Source: Carcharhinus longimanus (lineage: Eukaryota). Taken from it: DNA of 64,000 bases. This document shows, one piece after another, positions 24,420 to 36,432 of the stretch. The number at the start of each line of letters is the position of its first letter. Positions within the stretch are counted from its first letter, which is position 1. Location: assembly GCA_030264375.1 (NCBI GenBank), contig JASCQW010000043.1:89835373-89899372 (forward strand), given 5' to 3'. Below the pieces are notes generated by a model. It saw nothing but the letters and a program-made list of their open reading frames with translations, did not search any database and was not told the origin of the DNA. The position numbers and the translations under genes are program-made.

Positions 24420-26040
24420 TTGATTTTGATTTGATTTATTGTTGTCACATGTATTAGTATATAGTGAAAAGTATTGTTCCTTGTGTGCTACACAAACAAA
24501 GCACACCGTACATAGAGAAGGAAAGGATGGAGTACAGAAGGCAATGTTACAGTTCTAGCTAGGGTGCAGAGAAAGATCAACTTCATGCAAGGTAGGTCCA
24601 TTCTAAAGGCTGATGGCAGCAGGGAAGAAGCTGTTCTTGATTCGGTTGGTATGTATCCTCAGACTTTTCTATCTTTTTCTCGACAGAAGAAGGTGGAAGA
24701 GAGAATGCCCAGGGTGATTATGCTGGCTGTTTTCCCAAGGCAGCTGGAAGTGTGGACAGAGTCTGTATGATGGACTGGGCTTCGTTCACAACCCTCCTTA
24801 GTTTTTTGTGGTCTTGGATAGAGCAGGAGCCATACCACGCTGTGAAGGAACCAGGAAAAAAGTGCTATCCATGGAGCATATGTAAAAGTTGATGAGATCA
24901 AAGCAGATATGCCAAATTTCCTTAGTCTCCTGAGAAAGTAGAGGTGTTGGAAGGCTTTCTTAACTACAGTGCAGGTATGGGATAGGTTGTTAGTGATCTG
25001 GACACCTAGAAACTTGAAGCTCTCAGCCATTTTCACTTTGTCTTTGATGTAGACAGGGGCACGTCCTCCATTACGCTTCCTGAAGTCGATGAGCATCTCC
25101 TTCATTTTGTTGACATTGAGGGACAGATTATTGTCATCGTATCAGTTCACCAGATTTTCCATCTCTTTCCTGTACTCTGTTTCATCGTTGTTTGAGATTT
25201 GACCCACTACAGTGGTGCCATCAGGAAGCTTGAAAATTGAGTTGGAGGGGAATTTAGCCACAGTCACAGGTGTATAAGGAGTATAATAACGGGCTGAGGA
25301 CACCCACTTGTGGGGCAGCAGTGTGGAGGATGATCATGGAGAAGGTGATGTTGCACTCATCACAATACTTTGTAAGAATACCGATGCAAGGGGAAAACCA
25401 TTTATAGTGTATGAGAAGAAAGTGCTGATTGGCAAGTGGACACTGGTAGAAGCACTGCCATGGGAACTGCACTAAAAGATGCCTATCTTTACTAATTATG
25501 GTCTATGGGTTAGGAACTCTAGGATTCAGTCGTGAAGGGAGGAGCTGAGCCCCAGACCACAGAATTTGGAGATGAGTTTGTAGGAATAATGATGTTGAAG
25601 GCTGAGCTGTGGTCAATAAATAGAAGTCTGACACAGGTACCTTTTGTTACCTAAGTTTTCCAGGGTTGAGTATAGAGCCAGGGAAATGGCATCTGCTGTG
25701 GACCTGTTGCAGCGATAGGTGAACTGTAATGGATCCAGGCAATCTGAGGCCAGAGTTGATCTGTGCCATGATTAGCGTTTTGGACCACTTCATAATGATG
25801 GATGTCAGAGCCGCCAGTCATTAGTCATTAAGACATGCTTGGCTTTTCTTTGATACCGGGATGATGGCCATCTTTTTGAAGCAGCTGAGGACCTTAGATT
25901 GGTGTAAAGAGAGGTTAAAGATGTCTGCGAATACCCCCGCCAGCTGGTCCACACAAGATCTGAATATCTGTCTGGTTACCCTATCCAGGTCAGTCAATTT
26001 CCATGGGTTGACTTTTGAGAAGGCTGCTCTGATGTCTGCG
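24420..26040 (-). mobile_element. Rex1/Babar LINE (RT domain to 3' tail), decayed
   Basis: Tail tgattttgatttgatttatt; minus-strand peptides KEMLIDFRK..FKFLGVQITNNLS..LYFLRRLRKFG, VLSPLLYSLYT.DC, QLAGVFADIFNLSL..IIPVSKK. Confidence 0.9.
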
Positions 26041-26444
26041 ATGATTGTCAACATCATTCTTAGCAAGGTATAGACCATACCCAACCAGTTGGCATGCTCA
26101 AAATATAGTGTCCAACATTAGGTGTGATTCTACAATTGAACAATATTTGCTAAGTAATCATTAGAACTATGCTGATAGCTGATTTAAGATGGTCAGTCAG
26201 GCTCAGGTGAGGTGCATTTGCGTGTACTGATGGCTACATATAAGACCATAAATGGGAACAGGTGTAAGCCATTTAGCCCCTCATGTCCGTGCTGCCGTTC
26301 AATACGATCGTGGATGATCCAACATCCACTTTCCTGCTTTTTCCCTGTAATCCTTGATTCCTTTACTGATCAAAAATCTATCTCAGCTTTTAAATGTACA
26401 CACATTGCACCTGATTCAGCTGAACAAAATAAAGTGACAGCCAT

Positions 26445-26700
26445 TTGCTGACTCATTCCTCAAGGCAATTCCTTACCAATCAAAGTCAAACTGCCTGGTT
26501 TAAATTTTAAACAATTCTTGGCAGTTTACAGTCACTTGATGCATTCCCCATGACATTGATTGACAAGTAGACTCTGGGTGAGGCAATCAGCACTTTCTTT
26601 TCATACAATACAAGTCGTTGTCTTCCTTGTTTTGGTATTTTTGCAAAGTATCCTGATGAGTGCAAGATGAAAAGCTTTAACATGTACCTTTTCAGCAATT
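26445..26700 (+). mobile_element. Penelope-type terminal repeat with minimal hammerhead ribozyme motif
   Basis: CTGATGA (26653-26659) gtgcaagat GAAA agct tt aaca; homologous to 23891-24290 (-) and 36235-36432. Confidence 0.7.
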
Positions 26701-27120
26701 TCATTTATATAGCAACTTTAACATATCAGGGCCCTAAGGCCTCTCATTGGAGTTTACCAAATGTAATTTGATAGTGAGATAGATAAGGTATTAGCACAGG
26801 TAACCATAAACTTGGGCAAAAAGATTATTTTTTATGTGCATTGCTATCAATGAGGCTAGAATTGGAAGAGCACCGAGATTTCTTAGAGTTTTAGGGCTGG
26901 AACGAGTTGGCTGTGAAGAGGAGCAAGGTCATGGAGTGAGCTGAAAACAAGGGTGAGAATTTTAAAATAGAATGTTGCTGGATTGACAGCTGTTGGGGCT
27001 GATGGGTGATTAAATCTTTGTTTTAAAATGAGTTCAAGTTGGTAGAGAGGAGGAGGGCAAAAGATAGGAGGCTTGAGGCTGGCCACGGAGCATTGGAACA
27101 GTCAACTTTAGAGGTAACCC
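26700..27120 (-). mobile_element. L2 LINE 3' fragment
   Basis: Minus ORF FKILTLVFSSLHDLAP; reverse tail catttatatagcaactttaac. Confidence 0.7.
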
Positions 27121-27674
27121 TTTTTGTCAGTGTTGCTCCATAACTGCTGGCTAAGCTATGTACAGGAACTGAATATGTTGACTCATCTTGCAATTCTACT
27201 GTTTCTGTATCTGCACGTGTTCATTCTGACGTCCCTGCTGTTAACTTTAGCTCATGCCTTCGATTTCCTGTAGGTAAAAATATCTCCTCCATTTCAGTAA
27301 AATCATCCAGCTTTTAACCTTGAAAAATATCTAGACATTTCTACTTGTTCAGCAAAAATTGAATGAATCAATCATGACTTCCTTTTTATTGAAATTAGAA
27401 TTTTTAATAATTTCTGTATATGTCGCGAAGAATTACTTTTTGCTTTCACTCCAAATTAGGCAGCATTAATGCCAAGTCCACTGTTACATAATGACTTTGA
27501 TAATTTAACAATCCAGTCTAGTATTTCAGCTAATCTCGTGGACCTTTACCACATGTCTTATTTTAGCTCGTGTCGGATCTATCTTGCTACTTTTTAGAAA
27601 TCACTACCTTGCATGTCTTTTGCTCGCTACTCTGTAACAAAACACACTGTAAAACTGCTCCCACTCATACATTA

Positions 27675-28130
27675 TAGAGCCATAGAGGTTTATACATGGA
27701 AACGGGCCCTTTAGCCCAATTTGTCCATGCCATCCAGATTTTACCACTAAGCTAGTCCCCATTGCCTGCGTTTTGTCCATATCCCTCTATACCCAATGTA
27801 CCCATGTAACTGTCTAAATGCTTTTTAAAAGACAAAATTGTACCCGCCTCTACTACTACCTCTAGCAACTCATTCCAGATACTCAATCCTCTGTGTGGAA
27901 AAAGTTGCCCCTCTGGATCCTTTTATATCTCTCACCTCTCGCCTTAAACCTATACCCTCTTATTTTAGACTCCATTACTGTTGGGAAAATATGTTGACGA
28001 TCTATCTTATTTATGCCCCTCGTTATTTTAAAGACCTCTGTAAGATCACCCCAAGCCTTCTAAACTCCAGGGAAAAGAGTCCCCAGTCTATCCAGCCTCT
28101 CCTTCTAACTCAAACCATTAAGTCCCGGTT
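27675..28130 (-). mobile_element. CR1 (HER1-like) LINE 3' end
   Basis: tagagccatagaggtttatacatggaaacgggccc..tgtacccgcctctactactacctct..actccagggaaaagagtccc. Confidence 0.8.
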
Positions 28131-28695
28131 GCAACATTCTTGAGGATTCTGCTCTTTTTTAGTACAATTTCATGGTTTATGACTTGTCCTTTGTACCAAT
28201 CGTAGCTGCGTGGAATATTTATTATCTTCCCTCCATTAGTTGTAATGTTGTATTCTGGCTTAATCAGGCTGTCACAATTGGGGCAATAATCTCCTCCTTG
28301 TGGGGTTCATTTGTATACAGGGTAGGTGGAGTTGGAGCCCAGCTCTTTATAAAGACATAACTTATCCAGGAGGGACTCCTTTTTAATTACATCTTGTCAT
28401 AGTCTATTTTGAATTCAGAAGCACCCATCCCTCAGGAAGTACTTTCACTTCAAATAATGTGATTATTTCAATCTTAAAAATAACTAGTGTTAACCCACTA
28501 GTGCATTGAAAAATAAAGGATAAAACTACATCCTGTGTTGTCTTTTAAGACATCACTGTGTCAATTCATAATATACAATTGGATCTTTTCTGATGCTATT
28601 CATGGTTGTTGACTTCAAGTAAAAGTAAATTGGACAGAATATACAGTGGGTAGATGTACTATTACCACCCATTTTGCAGCAATAGGAGAATATGT

Positions 28696-28868
28696 TCATA
28701 GAATCCCTACAGTGCAGAAGGAGGCCATTTGGCCCATCGAGTCTGCACTGACCACAATCCCATCTGGGCCCTATCCCCATAACCCATGCATTTACCCTAG
28801 CTAGTTCCCCTGACACTAAAGGGCAATTTTGCAGGGCCAATCCGCTTAACCCACATATCCTTGGACTC
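28696..28868 (-). mobile_element. HE1-type SINE 3' half
   Basis: tcatagaatccctacagtgcagaaggaggccatttggcccatcgagtctgcac. Confidence 0.85.
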
Positions 28869-31800
28869 TTCACGTCCACTTGATTGCCCTTTCCCCATAA
28901 CCCTTGATTCCCATACAGATCGAAAAATCTACCTCAGCCGTTACAAAATAAACTGTGGATCATGCTTAAAAGCTACAAAGAATGCCAAGATGTGCAGATC
29001 ACTGACATCATGGACTTATTTTTGATTTGAGACATTGCTATAATGTAAAGCCATAATGTGCATTCCCGTATGCCAATTAGCAAAGAAGTATGACAATTAA
29101 AATGTATGGAACAGTAAAGTTGCTGCACAATAGTATTTACTTATTTCAGCCATGACCCTTATCTGGTGACGCAGTGAGTAGATGCAAGTAGGACTTTCAT
29201 CTGTAACATGTCCAGCTCTCCTAGTGCACAAACCCAGAACATAATCTTCCTTTTTAAGCAATCATGTGGTCAATCACTTGAACACTGAAGGCTGCCCTCC
29301 CATGTCATTCGTTCCAATCATGTTGCGTGCTATTTATATGAGACTTTATTGTTACAGTAAATAATTAAAGTCTCCCATCCAGTTAACAGATGGTATATGT
29401 TGTATTTTTTAACTATTTATCAAAAACAGCCAAAAGAGCAATTGAAACACACTGTTCAAGGTTCATAACAATTGCAACATGAGCATTTTACCTATTTCTA
29501 ACCTTGTGTGTGTTTTTAAAATGGGAAAGACAAGATCTGATCATTGTATTTAATTCTTAGGTTGGGATTAAGTGGGATTTAAAACTATTTACAGTTTCAG
29601 AGATATCTTTGGTGATTGACCTTAGCTAATCATTTTAGCTGTGACTTTGGTTACATGATGTTTAGTTTGGAGTTTCAAAATTTGCTGTTAGATAATTTTC
29701 ATTAGGAATAAATAGAATTACATGATGTTTATTGCTGTTAAGAATTATTATGGTATTATCGTGAACAGCAACATGCATTTCCTGCAGAGCTATTGTCTCA
29801 AGGAAAAGGAAGGATCAATCTTGAGCAATATGGTAGAATGACTGCTGGTTAAAAGCATGGATAAAGATGTGTTTTGAAAAGACTTTAGAAAGGGATTGAA
29901 AAACTGAGCAGGGANNNNNNNNNNAAGGTTGAAAACTGCCTGGTGTTGGAATGAAGGGTGGGTTGGATGCACAAGAGGCTAGAGTTGGAGGTCTCAAAAC
30001 TAAGGAGAGGCAAGGCTATGGAGGGGCATGTAAATGAGGATTTTGAATGCAGCATTTGGGGACCAACAGATAAGTGGGCATGTAGAATGCAGGCTGTTTG
30101 AAACCTGGAGTGGAACAGTTGTGTTGGGTGGGTTGGAGTAACTAATCAGGGTTTTGGTGGGGAATAGTCCACCCAGTTATCACACGTTTGGCAGAAGGAT
30201 CCTGAAACAAGTACAGGAAATGGCTTTGCAAACATTAATTGATCCAGTGCAACTTCATTGCAGTGTTAATGTAAGTCTACTTGTGACACCAATAAATTAA
30301 ATTTAACTGCCCAGTACATCTGAAAACTGGGAACCAATATGACAGTGGCTGTACTGATTTTAGATGTGGCACTTCAAGCCCAGAAATTGATATTCACTAT
30401 GCTGGATGTTTGCTGACTGTGGCCTCCATCAAGTTAGAGGATATTGGATAAGACCCACCATAAAAGTTGGGTCTGACGTTTAAGATAGAATCCCTACAGA
30501 GCAGGAGGAAGCGGCTATCTGGTCCATCCTGTCTGCACCGACTCCCCAGAAGAACATCACTTGTTCGCTATCCCTGTAACCCTGTGCATTTACCATGGTT
30601 AAGCGCTCTCTTCTGTGCAATTCAGCATGGCAATCCATCTAACTGGCATATCTTTGCATCTAGAAACATACAGATACTTGAATTATCTATTATGGGTAAC
30701 CCATTTAATTGAAACAGTTTTAAGATAATGGTTATCAAAAAATTCAAGCTAGCGAGAGGTTTTGTGCAGTTGGGGTTGAGATGCATTTTTGAAACAGAAT
30801 AGAGGGAACTTAACACTGTTGGATACTATATCTGACCTGGAAGTGTTTGATGTTTACTAGAATGAAAAGGGTTCTATTCCCAAACATTACCATAAGTATA
30901 AAACTACACAATCAACTTTTAAAACGGTCTATGCTATCCAAAGCATATTTGTATCAATAGCAGCCATCAAAATTTTTTATTATGAGTATACGTAATAATA
31001 AATGCTTGCCTCAAACAGCATGTCAGAGAATGTGAGCATTACACAAATTTACTGTCATCTACGTTGTCTTAAAGTTTAACCTCCAGCCTTGTGGAAGACT
31101 ACAAATTAATTTAAATACAAAACACCATAATTGGTAGGCTAGGGGTTAAAGTTCCTAAAGATGAAGCACTGATATACTTTCAAAATGAAATAGATTATGC
31201 TTCAGAAGACCTGAAACAAATATCATTCAGCAAAACAGAACTTAGCAGCAACAACAGCAATCATAGACGACAGTTGCATTTCAAATAACAAACAACTATT
31301 AGCAGAAAATGCAGCAAATCCCACAAGGTGCTCGAAAGCAGTAAATATATTCTATTTGTTTTCATGGATGGAAATACGTATTGTCGTCACAACAAGTTCA
31401 GCAGAGGTCAACATGCAGAACATTTGAACAATTTTCAAATACGCGACCAGAAGTGCGTTCCTTTGTCTTGTTAGGTCAAACATCAACTGTGACAAAGAAT
31501 GGCCAAATAACCTTTATTTAAGTATTTGCAGGCCAACGTGCACTGAAGAAGGATAGTGTGAGTTGATACATCAAAAGGCTGCAGAATTGAAAATTATCCA
31601 CTACTAGAGAATATTATTTGTGACTTTGGCTTAGAGAATTTTGGTGCTGTGAAAGAGGTTAAAATCCAAATAGAAAAATTCAAATGGGGATTTGCAGTGA
31701 TATGAAGCATTGATCTTTGAGGTAGCACCGTGTTCGAGAATCTTTTGGGATTGGGATGACAGTATGCAAAAATGAGGGACCTTGACCTTATTTTGACAGA

Positions 31801-32989
31801 AGGAGAGTAATGTCTGAGGAGAGCATGCCACTTCCAATCTCAGCTAGTATGGAAGTCAGGAAGGGAATTTGAATGGACAGCAGTTTGTTCATTGCATAGG
31901 AATACAATGTAATGTGGAAAATCACACCAAAGACTATACAGATAACATGACCAAATACCAATTAGCCAGAAATCATCATTATTTTAATTTTTCAACAGAA
32001 CTACACCAGCTCAAATAAACATGGGTACAGGAAAACATTTTTCTCCCACACCTTCTGTAGAATAGGTAAAAAAGGCATCTTGATCAGTGGCTTCTCAGAT
32101 CAAGATTAAAATGGAAAAAATTAAATAACTGCTGTGCATGACAGTTTTGTGTACAGTGTGATATATTACAATAAATAGTTTAAAATTTAGCTGTTAGCTG
32201 TCATGCTTCAGATGTGATCAATTTGCCTTTGTACAGTTTCAAGTGCATTAATAGATATCAAGGAAATGTTCAAACCGAGCTTAATAGAAGCCCACATTAC
32301 AACTATTCTGATCACTCCCCAATTCCCCATTTTAAAGTCCTTTGGTTTATTTCCCATTTCATATTGTCCAATGTTTTCTCCAACACTGAGGCAACTTGTG
32401 TTTTCTGAACTATTTTAGAATGGTGTGTTTAGCATGGAGGTGTACCGAAAGCTTTAAAAGTGAAGTCTGTTACGAGAAAGCTATGCAAATGTGAGATTGG
32501 AAAGCACCCATAAACGGGTCTTTCAAACATTTGGAGATTTTCTTGGCATTTATAGCCCAATATTTCCTTGCAGACTGAGACAGTTAAATTGCAGTTTTGC
32601 TTTTCAAAAAAAAAGACGTGAAAGCCTCTGCATAATTGTACATCCAGTAATCCTTAAGTATCACAGGCTTTCCTATTTGGGAATTTTAATGTTTGCATGT
32701 AATTATTTCTTTAGCTTGTATTTATTTAATATACAAAGTAAAATGCATTCCAAGAGCAGTCTGAAGAATTATTTTAGTTAACGGCATTGTAAATATACCC
32801 ACAGCAATATTCTAATCATGTTATATCAAAACCATTAATCTGTTTCATTCAAATGTATTTCTAATTTTGTGACAGCTAACTGGAAGAAATCTTCCTGAGA
32901 ATTTTGGAAATACTGAACATGCAGAACTTCAAATAATTTCCTACCACGTGAATTATCGTTCGCTTTGGAAAATGTCTATCCAGCATGTT

Positions 32990-33420
32990 TTTTTTTATGC
33001 ATCTGTAGGATTGCTGACGAGGCCACTGTTTATTGCTCATCCCTTGTTACCCTTGAAAAGTTGACAGAGAGAATGACAACAATCCTTGTTGTAGGTGCAC
33101 CCATAGTGCTGTTGGGCAGGGACTTTGACCCAGCCACAGTAGAGGAGTGGCAATATGTTTCCAAGTCAGGATGGTGTGTAACTTGATGGGAACTTGCAGG
33201 CGGTAGTGTTTCCATGTGCTTTTGCACTTGTTCTTTTAAGTGGTAGAGTTTGTGGCTTTGGAAGAAGCCCTGCTGAGTTGCTGAAGTTATAGCAGCACCA
33301 GCAAGGTTCAACAACTGTAAACTACATACCGGTGGTGGATGGGATTCTGTGGGCTTCTTTACCCTGCATGGTGCCTGGTTTCTTGAGTGTTGTTCAAGTT
33401 GCAGTCATCCAGGCAGCAGA
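32990..33420 (-). mobile_element. 'AWMSAAPT' LINE 3' fragment
   Basis: tttattgctcatcccttgttacccttgaaaag..gactttgacccagccacag..tttcttgagtgttgttcaagttgcagtcatccaggc. Confidence 0.7.
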
Positions 33421-33424
33421 AGTA

Positions 33425-33625
33425 ATGGGGAAGGGCAGGGGAGGAGTGTGAAGCAGATTGAGACAATTGGGAAGTAGACTGAGGGTGAAGCAGGCCAGGA
33501 TCATTGGGAAGCAGATAGGGAGAAGGATGAAGCAGGACGGGATCATTGGGAAGCAGAACCGGGAGGAGGGTGAAGCAGGATGGGATCACTGGGAAGCAGA
33601 GCAGGGGGAGGAGGATACAGCAGGT
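33425..33625 (+). repeat. Purine-rich minisatellite, ~42-nt unit, ~4 copies
   Basis: Repeated gggtgaagcagg.cgggatca.tgggaagcaga units. Confidence 0.8.
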
Positions 33626-33729
33626 CAGATTCAGTTATACGACTGAAACTGATGTTCATCTGGGGAGAGCAGCCCGAGTTCAGTCCATGGCACCTCAGCT
33701 GTAAAGCGCGTGCATAAAGAAGATTGGTG

Positions 33730-35360
33730 AAGAAAAAGTGATAGGCGATTCAGTAGTTCAGGGGACAGCTAGATATTTCTGTGGCTGCAGATGTGAACCA
33801 GGATGGCATATTGCTTCTCTGCCGCCACAAGTCAAGAATGCAACTATTCAGTGACAGAGATCCCTGACAGGAGAAGATAAATACCAGTTGGTTGTATTCC
33901 ATGTCTGTACCAATGACATAGGCAGTAAGAGGGATGTGATCCTGCAATCAGAATCTCAATAGCTAGGTAAGAAATTGGAAAGCAGTATCTCAAAAGCATC
34001 CAGATTACACCTGGTACCACGCAGAACTGAGTAACGAAACTGAAGGATACAGCAGATGAATGTATTGTTGGACAGAAAATGTAGGAGATTCTTAGTAACA
34101 GTTCTGGGAGGGATGGGACCTATACACACCAGATTGGGTTGCATCCAAGCTGAGTTGGGACCAATTCCCTTATCGGGCAATTTATTGGGGAGACAGGGCT
34201 ATGGGAACCAGGCGGTTGTACTAGGGGGAAACACAATGGTGCATACAAGGTGTTCATGAAAGATAGGAAGGAAAGAAGAAGGGATAGCATTTTTGATTAA
34301 GGAGGGCATTGCAGTGCCAGAGAGTATTTCCCAGATGGATAAAGGACAAAATCTAATGGATTCAAGCTCAAGAACACGTAAGGTGCAGTTATGTTGCTTG
34401 GTGTCATCTATCAGCCACCAATGAGTGGGAAAGATGTGGAGGACTATATCTCTAATTTCCTTGTAGAAGTATAAAAATTGGGAAACTTTATTCCAGTCTA
34501 TGTCTGGATAATTAATATGGCAGAGAGAGGTAAGATTTTCTATAATGTGTTCAGGATAAATCTTTGAAATACTCACAGTCCAATGCACAGTTCCCATGAA
34601 AGGAAAAAGGCAAACAATCCAGAGACCCCGGTTCGCCAAGCCGGTAAGATTGCCTCCAGTGATGAAGGTGAAACAGAAAAAGTGCACTAATGACTGTTAA
34701 TATAACAGCACCAGGCAGAGTATGGAAGATTCCAGTGGGAATTGGGAAAGCAACAGGTAACTAACAGAACATGGAAGTCAACAGATTTTCATCAGCATAT
34801 AAAGTGAAAGGGGAATAAGAGGAGGAGTAGATCAATTTGAGACGTAAAATGGGAATTTTATGCAGGAATACAAAAGGCAGGAATACAAAATGAATACTTT
34901 ACATCTGTCTTTACCAAGGAAGAACATACTGCTCAAGTCATAGTGAAAGAGGAAGTAATTCAGATACTTAAGGAAATGGTATTGGGTAGGTTTCCTGTTT
35001 TCTTTTGAGTTGATTAGACACCAGGATCAGATGCACTGCATCCTAGGATACTGAGGAAAGTAACAATGGAAATTGTGAAGGCAGTGGCTGCATTTTTCTG
35101 ATCTTTCTTAGGTTTGTGGGGTGGAGGTAGATTTCACAGATTCATGCTAATTAGGAAAAGAAGCAATAGTGATGAGAAGAGAGGGTTTTTCACGCAGTTC
35201 TGGAATGCACTCCCTGAGACTGTGGTGGAGGTAAGGTCAATTAAGGTTTTCAAAATGGTATCGGGAGAAGGAAGGGGTGGCACTAACTGAATTGGTCCCT
35301 CGGAGGGCTAGTAGAGAGACAGTGGGCTTACTGGCCTCTTTCTGAGCTGTAATCACTCTT
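33730..35360 (+). mobile_element. Internally deleted CR1 LINE with ORF1 esterase and ORF2 remnants
   Basis: VIGDSVVQGTARYFCG and VVFHVCTNDIG (SGNH-esterase ORF1), then DR..RK.G.AFLIK (endonuclease), NEYFTSVFTKE, PGSDALHPRIL and a 3' tail. Confidence 0.75.
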
Positions 35361-35720
35361 GTGATCTGTTGTATGTGGAAACATATTCTTCTGATTTTGT
35401 ATTCAAAATTTTGAGCTATAGAATTGCATAGAAAACTCATGTTTTTTCCACATTCATATCAAAAAAATCAAGTATTTGTGAGGTACTAGAGGTACAAGAA
35501 AACTTGGATTCTGCTGTATTTAATACTGAAGCATCACTGATACTGGCTTGCTTAGAAAATGAATAGTCTGTTGATTGAAACCATGCAAAGGTGACATTGG
35601 AAAGTCCTTTGTCCTGATCTGAAAAGGAAGTATTGTAGGCTCCATAAATTTAAGAAATAAAATGCTTTCCATAAATCCACAATGTATGTGCACAATTTTC
35701 CCCTGTTCAATTGAACTTTA

Positions 35721-35855
35721 GAGCAAGAATTCTCCTGTCCCACCTGCCATGGGAATTGTAATGGGGGAAGGATGGGGGGAGATCATGAAAAGGATCATTG
35801 ACCTTGGGTGGGATTCTCCTGTTTTGCAGTGAGTGCAGGCCAGCGATCCCACCGC
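35721..35855. mobile_element. ~135-bp MITE, degenerate copy
   Basis: gagcaagaattctcctgtcccacctgccatgggaat is the reverse complement of the right end of the 2339/3137 copies. Confidence 0.55.
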
Positions 35856-36234
35856 AGATGTGCGCTTCTGTATTGAGAGAAAGGTAATGATGCAGATCTG
35901 ATTGCTAGAACTGTCGCAGATGGATTTGTGTCAGAGTGGATCAAAGCAGTAAATGTAGGACCAAAATCAGAATGGGCATTACATCTATTAAAGTTGATCA
36001 TGGTTTTTTCCATATTGTGACAGTGATTCAGTGTAGCTAAATCTCTAAAATACTGTAAGGTTATATTTTAATAATAGACAAGCATTCTGAAAACTGCCCC
36101 CCTTCCCCCAAGTAATGGGAAATCAATTAACAGCAGATGGTGCTTATCTTGGAGCTACTTATTCTCAGAGAGTCATCCAGATGTCCCTTGATTTACTTAC
36201 AATTATTAGAGATAGTCATTTGGTACAAAACTCA

Positions 36235-36432
36235 CTGAACAAAGAGAAATGCTATCCAAGCTTTTCATCTTGCACTCAAAACAATCAGGACAAATAATGT
36301 ATTTCCTATGGCAACACTTCTACCAATCAGAATCCACTTCCGAACCAATCGTACTGTTCTCGTGCAGTACAAATTGTTGTTCTCTTTACAATTGGGCTTC
36401 TTGTGAATTGTCCTGATGAGTACAAAATGAAT
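36235..36432. mobile_element. Penelope-type remnant with inverted terminal hammerhead-like motifs
   Basis: Minus: ttgtcctgat(tgtttt)gagtgcaagatgaaaagcttgg at 36255-36293; plus: ttgtcctgatgagtacaaaatga at 36408-36430. Confidence 0.65.

Noticed and set aside
33425-33625. Repeat-spacer-like patterns here and at 48090-48270 considered as CRISPR-like arrays
   Set aside because: Vertebrate intron, no cas genes, degenerate repeats and mutually similar spacers
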